Below, in pieces: positions 34,249 through 44,009 of a stretch of 54,964 bases of DNA. This DNA is from Fonticula alba ATCC 38817. Taxonomy: Eukaryota; Protista; Nucleariida. The stretch lies in the NCBI GenBank assembly GCA_000388065.2, contig KB932204.1, one strand, 5' to 3'. The notes below the pieces were generated by a model that saw only the letters and a list, made by a program, of their open reading frames with translations, was not told where the DNA came from and ran no database searches. The position numbers and the translations under genes are program-made. Position 1 is the stretch's first letter, and the number at the start of each line of letters is the position of its first letter.

Positions 34249-35137
34249 GTCCCGCGTGCGCGGCCTCCCCCGCCTGGGCCCCCCTGCCCGTCCTTCCGCC
34301 CGGGGCTCCACAGGGGAGCCTGGCGGCCCTGTGTGTTGCCGCCGCCCCTCCGACCAGCCGCCGGTCCCTGCAATCCCAATCCCACACCGAAGGGGGTGTG
34401 CGGGACGCGGGCAACGAACGATCCCGCGGCGGCGGCCGCCGCCGCCGCCAGAGGATGGTCGCTTGAACTCAGTCATGGAGCACGGAAAGTGGCACGCCGG
34501 GAATGACATTACAAGTTAAGAGCAGCATTGTAAGTAGGGTCATCGGGAAAATCCCCATCCATTTTCCCTTTCCATTTGGGCACAATCAAATGTCTATTGG
34601 TTAGCGGGGAATCTTCCCGCATTTCCGGCTCTTCGCCGCATCCCACCACCCGGCCACCGGCATTCGTCTCGAAAGGCGTCCCCGATCGACCGCCCGCCCT
34701 CGGGACAGACGCGGCTGCTGGAGGGCCATTCCTCTTCCCGGTCTTCGCCCCCACGCCGGAGGGCGGAGGGTCCAAAGGCACAGCAAGAACCCACATCCAT
34801 GTGTGTGTGTGTGTATTCGTATTTATCGGGGATTAGGGAGAAGAGAGAGAGAGAGAGAGCAAAGAGACAGCCAGGCGGGCACAGAGGGGCGGCTCGGGGA
34901 TCTGCACGCATACGCGCATGGCCCCCGCCTGCACGCCGCCGCCCACACACGCGAGTGCGGGCGTGCGAGCAGGCGACCGCACATATGCCGGCCTGTCCCC
35001 CCCCCCCCCCTCCCGCCGTTCGAGCCCCTGCTGCTGTCTGGCAGAATGTACCAGGGGGCCTCCGGAAGGGGGAGGCAGGCAGGCAGGCAGGGAGGGAGAG
35101 ACGGGCTCGCGCTCGCGCCCCCGGCCTCTCGGGCTGC

Positions 35138-37310
35138 TCACTCTTTGGACTCCAGGAGCATGTTCTCCTTCTCGATGAGGTGGACGGTTTCCTCCACGCG
35201 CGAGAGCAGGGTCTCCACATTCTTGGACCAAGTGTTGAGGGTCGAGTGGGCGGCGCTCACCCGGGGCGCAGCGGGCTGCTTGGCGCCATCGGCCTTGGTG
35301 CTCGTGGTGGTGGCGGCGGCGGCGGCGGCCGGCGCCGTCCCCTTCGGGCCCTTGTTGACCGACGTGGCGGCCGGGGAGAACTTCACCAGCTTGGCCGGGC
35401 GGTCGATGCGCGCGCTGACCGTGCCGTTGGCCACGAGCTTGGCCAAAACGACCTCGGTTTTCTGAGGCGCCACAGAGGACACCCCCCGGCAGGCGAGGAG
35501 GGACGCACGGTGTGTCCAGCGATGCCGTCAGTTAGTGTGTCCGTCCAGGGAAGAGGGTGTGTGTACATCAGGCCAGGACAAAAGGACACAGGCACGGGGT
35601 CTCCTCGCATCGCTGCCCNNNNNNNNNNNNNNNNNNNNNNNNNNNNNNNNNNNNNNNNNNNNNNNNNNNNNNNNNNNNNNNNNNNNNNNNNNNNNNNNNN
35701 NNNNNNNNNNNNNNNNNNNNNNNNNNNNNNNNNNNNNNNNNNNNNNNNNNNNNNNNNNNNNNNNNNNNNNNNNNNNNNNNNNNNNNNNNNNNNNNNNNNN
35801 NNNNNNNNNNNNNNNNNNNNNNNNNNNNNNNNNNNNNNNNNNNNNNNNNNNNNNNNNNNNNNNNNNNNNNNNNNNNNNNNNNNNNNNNNNNNNNNNNNNN
35901 NNNNNNNNNNNNNNNNNNNNNNNNNNNNNNNNNNNNNNNNNNNNNNNNNNNNNNNNNNNNNNNNNNNNNNNNNNNNNNNNNNNNNNNNNNNNNNNNNNNN
36001 NNNNNNNNNNNNNNNNNNNNNNNNNNNNNNNNNNNNNNNNNNNNNNNNNNNNNNNNNNNNNNNNNNNNNNNNNNNNNNNNNNNNNNNNNNNNNNNNNNNN
36101 NNNNNNNNCGAAATACACATCGGCCAGCTTGAACTTGGCCTCCTTGCCGAAGCGGTGCTGGTCGGACAGGTACTCACCGAACTTGGAGGCGAATTGCGAC
36201 CAGACAATCAACTCCGAGGAGGTGAAGGCCTGGATGATGTCCGGCGAGTGGGGGAGCTCGGAAAGCCGGCGCTCGGCCGCTACCCGGTGCAGCATGTCGC
36301 TCTGCTCATGGTCGAAGGGGGCCAGGGTGGCGAAGACCACCATGTTGGCCAGGGCCTGGCGCCACTGCTGGTCATCATCCTCGGCGCTGGTGCGAGTGGG
36401 CTTCAGCTGGGAGACGGCCACGTGCGACGGGTCGAGCGACGGCTCCAGGGCCTTCGCCCCGCCGGCAAGGGCCGCCTCCTCCGAGGCGCCGGCGCCACCC
36501 GGGCCCGGGGCCGGGGTCATCTCCACATCGCCGCCGGAAATGGCCTCGGCCGGCAGGAGCCCCTGGGCCCGCTGGGCGGCCCGGTGCTGCACCGTGTCGT
36601 AGATCTGCCGGAAGAAGCGGCACACATCGAGGAACTTCTCGTCATGCATGGCCAGGACAATCTGCAGCTGCAGGTAGCGCAGCTTCAGGTCGGTCATGAT
36701 GGCGGCCTCCACCCGGGCGGCAGCCTGTTCCGAGGACAGGCGATCCTTCTTCTGCTTGGCCGAGGCCTTGCGGTCGAAGGTCCGAGGGCTGATCTTGCGG
36801 ATGGCCAGCCCGGCCCGGATGTAGTCCCCCTTGGCGGCCAGCAGGCGGACCTGCTCCAGGATGAAGTCGATCTTGTCGGTGCGCGACAGCGACCCGAAGG
36901 TCTCCACCTGCAGGGCCTGCAGGATGTCCGCCGCCTCGGGGATGTCGCCGGAGGCCTCGCGGATGGCCGCCAGCAGCCGGGCCAGCTGTGCGCGCTCCAC
37001 CTCCACGTAGATGCGCCCGTCGGTGATGGCGATCAGGGTGTCGATCAGGGCCAGCTTGGTGGTCTGATCCGGGGTCTGGGGGATCAGGGCGATGGTGTGC
37101 TGGACCATCTTGACAATGGACTGTGGTGTGGCCGGCGAGAAGCGGGGGGGGGGGGGGGACGAACACGGAGATGGATGGCAGATGGTGAGTATCCATGTAT
37201 GTGTCTGTGTGTGTCTGTGTGTGCATGTGTGTGCATGTGTGTGTGTGTGTGGCAAACGGGGGCCAGGCGTCGGGAGTCCGGAAAGGGCAGCGACGCACAT
37301 GCTTGAGCTG
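35138..37310 (-). CDS. PSMD12: 26S proteasome lid subunit Rpn5; 5' end in gap 37311-38285, internal gap 35619-36108
   Basis: QLKH|SIVKMVQ...LIDTLIAITDGRIYVEVERAQL...AADILQALQVETFGSL...KIDFILEQVRL...KISPRTF...LAPFDHEQSDML; PCI tail LAKLVANGTVSARIDRPAKLVKF...LNTWSKNVETLLSRVEETVHLIEKENM. Confidence 0.95.
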
Positions 37311-38394
37311 NNNNNNNNNNNNNNNNNNNNNNNNNNNNNNNNNNNNNNNNNNNNNNNNNNNNNNNNNNNNNNNNNNNNNNNNNNNNNNNNNNNNNNNNNN
37401 NNNNNNNNNNNNNNNNNNNNNNNNNNNNNNNNNNNNNNNNNNNNNNNNNNNNNNNNNNNNNNNNNNNNNNNNNNNNNNNNNNNNNNNNNNNNNNNNNNNN
37501 NNNNNNNNNNNNNNNNNNNNNNNNNNNNNNNNNNNNNNNNNNNNNNNNNNNNNNNNNNNNNNNNNNNNNNNNNNNNNNNNNNNNNNNNNNNNNNNNNNNN
37601 NNNNNNNNNNNNNNNNNNNNNNNNNNNNNNNNNNNNNNNNNNNNNNNNNNNNNNNNNNNNNNNNNNNNNNNNNNNNNNNNNNNNNNNNNNNNNNNNNNNN
37701 NNNNNNNNNNNNNNNNNNNNNNNNNNNNNNNNNNNNNNNNNNNNNNNNNNNNNNNNNNNNNNNNNNNNNNNNNNNNNNNNNNNNNNNNNNNNNNNNNNNN
37801 NNNNNNNNNNNNNNNNNNNNNNNNNNNNNNNNNNNNNNNNNNNNNNNNNNNNNNNNNNNNNNNNNNNNNNNNNNNNNNNNNNNNNNNNNNNNNNNNNNNN
37901 NNNNNNNNNNNNNNNNNNNNNNNNNNNNNNNNNNNNNNNNNNNNNNNNNNNNNNNNNNNNNNNNNNNNNNNNNNNNNNNNNNNNNNNNNNNNNNNNNNNN
38001 NNNNNNNNNNNNNNNNNNNNNNNNNNNNNNNNNNNNNNNNNNNNNNNNNNNNNNNNNNNNNNNNNNNNNNNNNNNNNNNNNNNNNNNNNNNNNNNNNNNN
38101 NNNNNNNNNNNNNNNNNNNNNNNNNNNNNNNNNNNNNNNNNNNNNNNNNNNNNNNNNNNNNNNNNNNNNNNNNNNNNNNNNNNNNNNNNNNNNNNNNNNN
38201 NNNNNNNNNNNNNNNNNNNNNNNNNNNNNNNNNNNNNNNNNNNNNNNNNNNNNNNNNNNNNNNNNNNNNNNNNNNNNNNNNNNNNTGGGCGGCCCCTCTA
38301 TCCTGGCCAGCGTGTAATCGGGGCTGGCCAGCGCCCAGGGCTCAGGCCCCGGTTCGACAGATGACAGAGACACGCCCCGGGCGTGTCGGCTGGC

Positions 38395-38436
38395 GCTTGT
38401 CAGACCGTCTGCCGCTTGTCAGACCGTCTGCCGCTT
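38395..38436. repeat. 19-bp direct tandem duplication (GCTTGTCAGACCGTCTGCC)x2
   Basis: Two exact copies plus a partial gctt, upstream of RPN5. Confidence 0.85.
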
Positions 38437-39697
38437 CGAGAGGGAGAGAAAGAGGGGGGGACAGCCGGGCCGTTCGGAAAGGAAGGGGAGGGAGGGGGGT
38501 GGTGGAATCATGGGCTCACATCCCAAAGCCCGAGTGGCGTGCACCGCACAGAGGACCGCCCGGGGGGAACGGCGGAACAGAAAGAGACCCACCGCGGCCA
38601 GGGGGGCGGGCGGGGGGTGTCGCTTCGTGTCGTCGCGACCCGTGCATGCCTATCCCCTGATCGGGTCACATGTTCACAAGGGAACCGGCCAGGTGGCCTT
38701 GCTGCACCCACAATCCCCGCCCCCCGCTTGCCGGCGCCGTCCGACTGGCCCCGGGGGCGCCATGGGGGCGCGACTCGCCCGTGCACTTTCAGCCGGTGGG
38801 TCACGATCTGGCGGGGGCGATCTCGCCGGTCGCAGGCCCCGAGGGCGAAGGAGGCCCCTATTCTCGATGGGGTTTTGCCCTCGCGCGGTGACACCAAGGT
38901 GGAAGCCCCTTGGCGAGGCGCGGGGAAAAGAGCCTCGCCCGGCGGCTCGCCGGTGCTCTCTCGCACCCCCGCCAGCTGTGACAGCGTCCCCCCGGCATGG
39001 GGAGAGGCAGGGCGGGGAGGGAGAGAGAGGGAAGCACATTTTCCAACTCGGAGCACGGGGGGGGGGAAGTGTGGGGCAGCATCTGGTCGAGGTCCTCAAA
39101 GCCCTCATGCTCCCGGCGGGTGCATCTTCCCCCAGAGCGAGGGGGGGGGGAAACATGAGGCCGCGTCGGCCGCGGGGAGACAGAAATCCCCGGAGGGTAA
39201 TTAACCCACCCGGCCTCGGGGATTCCGAAGCTGGAGAGACTGCCTGAAAGGCGGCGGCGCATCGCCCTGCATGCTGCCCCCCCACAAACACCCCGCTTGC
39301 AAGGGGAGGGGTTAAGCAAAATGACCGGTCCCTGTGGCCCCCCCTCCCCCCCCCCCCCCCCCCCCCCCCCTGGGTGTTAGTTTTCGTGCGCATGGTGTCG
39401 CCGGACTAATTGGCCGGGGCGCGTCTGGAGCGCTCCGTGCCGGGAGATGCGGGCGACGCAGTGGAGGGGCGCCACAGCCGAGGGAGGCCCGCGCGGAGGG
39501 GCGGACCGCCGGAAGGACAAAGGGACAAAGCGCCCCGCCACGGCACCGCGGCTCCCAGCTGGCTGCAAAGACGAGATCGATCTGTTTGGCCGCCTCGCCC
39601 CTCTCCCCCCCCCCCCGCCCGCCCTCGCCCTGATCCGATCCTCCCTCCTCTGCCACTCCCTTGCCCCCTCTGCCTGTCCTTTCCTTGCCCTGTCGCC

Positions 39698-42600
39698 ATG
39701 ACCGTCACCGGACGCCCGCCGGCCGCAAGTGGCCAGCTGGAAGCGCGCCCGGTCGAAAAGCGCAAGGGCTCCTCCAAGCGCCGCACCTCCATGGGGATGG
39801 TCCAGTCGGCCTCGGTCGTGTCGGTGTCCGCCTCGCAGGCGGCCCTGGAGGAGGCCGACCGACCGCCGACCGACGCCGGAGACATGCCGGCCGCCGCCGC
39901 GGCGGACAGCGGCGCACACACGCCCGATATGCTGGAGGCCGGCTCGCCCGGCGACCGCGGCGGGTCCCCCCCGGCGACCGACCCGGCACCGACGGCCCAC
40001 CACCCGGATGCCGACCTGGCCAGCATCCACAGCCTCGAGCCCGAGTCCAGGCCGGACCTTGGGGGGGACCCGCCGCGGTCGCGGTCGCGCTCGTCTTCCT
40101 CCAGGCGCCGGGACCCCGGCGATCCGGACAAGCCACGCCGGACCCGGCGCTCGGACCCCGCCGACCCCGATCGCCCCCGGCGCACCGACCCCAATGACCC
40201 CGCTCGGCCGCGGCGAAGCCGCCGGACGGACCCCAGCGCTCTCGACGCCGAGAGCGGGGTGTCGGCTGCCCGGGTGGTTGGCAGCGGGTCGTCGGTGCGC
40301 ACGCGCGGCACCACATCCCGCGGCCGCCCGGAGCGCGCCCTGTCGCCGACCTTCGCCGACGAGCAGGATGGCATGCGCCGGCATGCGGCCGAGCGGTCGC
40401 AGCGCGCCGGCCCGGGCAGTGCCACGGCCCCGTCGGCCCACCATGCCGCCGCCCGGCAGTCACAGGCCCAAGCCACGAGCCCGATCGCGCAGCCCACCAC
40501 CCCGGGCGGGCTGCCGGCGGATTTCTTCCTGCCGCGCGTGTCGAAGGAGTTCTACATCTGGGAAAAGTCCCAGCTGGGCCAGCTGCCCACCGGGTGGGAG
40601 ATGCTCCAGTCGCGTGGCAGCGATCCCGCAGACCCGCACCCCTCCTTCAGCGGCCCGAAGACCCTCTACATCGAGTGCGTGTCGGCCGCTCCCGGGGCAG
40701 ACGCCGTCGATGGGGCTTGTGCCGGGTCGCGCGTCCCAGCTCAAAGTCCCGCCGCCCTGGCACCTTTTCTTTCTTTCGCGCCCTCTCTCCCTCTCTCTCT
40801 GTGCCTCTGACTGGACAACGGTGACGCTGCTCTCGCCCTCGCCCCCGCCCGGCCAGCCATCTGAACCAGCAAACCACCTGGATCGACCCGCGTACCGAGA
40901 AGACCCGGACGATGAACATCCTCGAAACCAAGTATGGCGGTGCGCATATACCCCACCCTCTCCCCCCCCTGCCCCGGGTGAATGAGCCGCCGGCGGAGGC
41001 CCCCCTCGGCTCGGGCCCTGGGGTCCCCTGTGGCGATCGATCGATCGGATGCTGACGACACACGCACCGCCCTCGGTGGCCTTCCTTCCCGGCCGAAGAG
41101 CTGCCCTATGGGTGGGACGAGTGCGTGGACAAGGACATCGGCGTGTACTACCTGGACCACACCATGCAAACCACGTACCTGGACCCGCCTTGGGACGAGC
41201 GGGTCCGCTTCCAGGTGGCCGTGCTGGCCAACTTCATCACCGAACAGACCCGCCGGATGCAGGTGCGCGCCCTTGGGCCCGGCCGGCAGCGCGGCCTCCC
41301 TCCCGCTTGGGCTCGCCCGCGCAAGATGCCCCTTCCCCTGCGCCCGCCGCTCGCTCGCTCCACACACACACACGCACTGGCGGACAGCTGACAAGGGGGT
41401 GCATCCTCCCAACTGCCCGTCCATCTGGCACGTGCGCCTCGTCAGCTCCTGCAAGACCGCGCCAAGATGGATGACGCCGCGCGCGCGGCCGAGGCCAGTC
41501 GCCGGGTGACCGAGCTGGAGGCGATGCACAAGAATTTGTCGGTCGAAATCGAACGCCTGGAGGCGCTGGAGGCCGAGAGCCGCCGGCGGATAGGCCTCGA
41601 GGGGCTGAAGCATGGGTCGCGTGGGCTCCTGGAGGACATCAACCTCGAGGGGCTGACCCCCGAGGAGATCGAGGTGGAGCTCATGCGCGCGGAGAAGCTG
41701 CGCCATGAGCTCCTCCAAGAGCAGAGCCTCATCGAGGTGGAGGGTACGCCCGCGCGCGAGTCGGTTCCTGCCAGAAGGGGAGCGAGGGGGGGGGGGGGAT
41801 GGCGGCTGTGCCTCGCAACGACCCTGGTCATGGTGCTCTTCACACGCGCAACGCCCAGCAACTGACACACTTGCAATCCACCTGGCCGTGGGGGCGGGGA
41901 AAACGAACAAACAAACAAACAAACAAACACAAATCCCCACCCGCTTGTGGGAACTGGACCAAAACAACACCCCCCAGAGCTCCGCTCGCAGCTGCAGGAT
42001 GTCGACGACGAAATCCGCCTCGAGCGCATGCTTCTCAATGAGGATGCCGAGACGTGCTCGACCATCGCCGACATGCTGGCCGAGCGGCTGAATGCCCTGC
42101 GCGCGGCTCGCATGCCGGCCCCGGGCGAGCGGCGCCCCGGCCAGGAGGACGACGATTCCGACGCGCCGGCCGAAGACACCACCAGCAACATCGCCAACCG
42201 GACGGAGGCCATCCGCGCCGAGCTCATGGAGGCCGAGCGCGATGTGCGCGACGAGCGTGAGCGCCGGCGCCGGGCCGAGGCCGAGCTCCTGCAATTCCAG
42301 ATGAACATCATGCGCGGCCCGGCCCGCGATGAGGACGACGATCCGGACGAGGACAGCCAGTCGCAGGCGCGCCGGCGCCGGCGCCGGGCCACCGCCTCGG
42401 CCATCGCCGCGGCCAACCGCCGTCGCGAGAAGGAGGAGGGCCTGGCCCGAGGTGGGGAGGCCACCGGGCCCGGGGCCGGGCCCGGGGCCGGCTCGACGCC
42501 GCGTGCCAATTCCCTCGCCGGCGAACTGGGCGCCGACATTCGGCGCCTGCACATGCGTCTGCAGCAGCAGCGTCTCGAGGTGGAGACATTCGAGCGGGCG

Positions 42601-43200
42601 CGCGCGGAGCGCTCGGCCGCCGCTGCGACTGCCGCCGAGGATCCCGAGCGCCCGGCTGCCGGCCCGCCGGTCGACCAAACGTCCCGCAAGATCCGCGAGA
42701 TGCATGGCATGGTCGAGGCGTCGGAGAGCGTGCGCGAGGCTGTCGTCACCAACTACAACCCGGACAAGTCGTCCTTCCAGTGCGTGTCGCCCCCCGCGTC
42801 CCCGCCCCTCTTTGTCGCTCCCGCCCGCGCAGGTTTCCGCTTTTCATGCCTTCCACACGCCCGGCGAGCCCGAGGACCGGGGGCTGCCCCGCGCCGTGGG
42901 GCCGGCCCGGAGGAGGGCGCTCCTCAGCAGCCCCGGTCCGGCGTCGATCGGACGGCCAAGGCGAAGTCGGTCCCGCCCCGCTGTTTTGATCGATCTGAGA
43001 CTGACCATGCCCGCCCTGTGACCTGGCCGCTGTGCGTGCGCCCTGTGCCGCCGACGCTCCGCGATCTGGCCGCGCCTTGTCCTGGTGTTGTTCTCCGTCC
43101 GGCCGGGGGGAACAAAAAAAAAAGGGAACGCATGCTCTTCTTTGCTGCCAACGCGGCCAACAACAAGTCCCCGCCGCCGGTCCCGCGGAAACTCTGGTGA
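39698..43200 (+). CDS. Kibra/WWC-like protein: disordered N-terminus, tandem WW domains, coiled coil and C-terminal SFxExMxFF motif (predicted 799 aa)
   Basis: Exons 39698-40674, 40857-40939, 41099-41262, 41446-41743, 41978-42779 and 43125-43200 total 2400 nt in frame. WW1 LPTGWE...LYIDHLNQQTTWIDPR, a 15-aa linker, WW2 ELPYGWDECVDKDIGVYYLDHTMQTTYLDPP, then heptad-rich helix. The spliced C-terminus NPDKSSFQ|ERMLFFAA parallels human KIBRA PPEVQSFREKMAFFT. Confidence 0.75.
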
Positions 43201-44009
43201 GGGGGGGCGGCAGCACGGGGCCCCGAGGCCGCGGGCCCGTGGCTGCCGGCCGCGGGCGCAAGAGGAGGCGTACCCCGAGCGAGATCGGCGGCGGTGCAGC
43301 CCCCGAGAGAAGGCGACCCAGCCAGCGATGCTGATCGTTGCCGTGCCCGAGCAATTGTGGCCTCGGCACCGGGCGTGCTGGAAGCCAGCAAGCCGAGGAG
43401 GGCCGCGCCCCCACACCCGGCCCGAAGTAGGTAGAATACACACCCCCACCCTGACACGCATGTGCAACGACCGAGGCGAGTGCGGGGGGGGGGGGGGGNN
43501 NNNNNNNNNNNNNNNNNNNNNNNNNNNNNNNNNNNNNNNNNNNNNNNNNNNNNNNNNNNNNNNNNNNNNNNNNNNNNNNNNNNNNNNNNNNNNNNNNNNN
43601 NNNNNNNNNNNNNNNNNNNNNNNNNNNNNNNNNNNNNNNNNNCCCCCCCCCCCACGGTCGCCCCTTCCGGTCGACCTTTTGGTTGTTGCGCCGCTGTTGT
43701 TATCGCCGCTCCGGGAGGCGTCGGCGGGAGGCCGCCCCGGAGGTACCAACTCTTGGGTGATCCTGGCTGCCGTGAGACTTTTGCACTCGCAGGGGCGGTG
43801 GCCCGCGCGATCTGGCCGCCGGCCTTCGTGTCGCCGTGTCTCAGCCCCCGGGTGGTGGGGGGATGGTCGGCTATTTGGGCGCCGGGGGCGATCCGAGGCC
43901 GCCGCCCACACATGGTCAAGTTCCCTCCCTACATGGCTGCCCCCTCCCCTCCCCTCCGCTTCCTTTCTCACTCTCCCCCCTGTCCTGCTTGGGCGGTCTG
44001 CCAGCACAC

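Noticed and set aside
34540-34620. kappaB-like sites (GGGATTTTCC on the minus strand; GGGAATCTTCC)
   Set aside because: Short motifs expected by chance, and nothing in the window indicates an NF-kB factor.
38345-38365. GGTTCGA T-loop-like strings (also near 5577 and 32059) as tRNA candidates
   Set aside because: There is no cloverleaf stem or A-box context.
39698-43200. Calling the WW protein MAGI, Salvador or YAP
   Set aside because: There are no PDZ/GuK domains (MAGI), the linker is too long with no SARAH end (Salvador), and there is no TEAD-binding region (YAP). The SFxExMxFF motif points to WWC. The gene symbol is left blank pending phylogeny.
43201-44009. Possible small gene between the Kibra-like gene and KAT14
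   Set aside because: Several open frames exist on both strands, but there is no recognisable motif or consistent splice model, and a gap interrupts it. It is more likely UTR or promoter.
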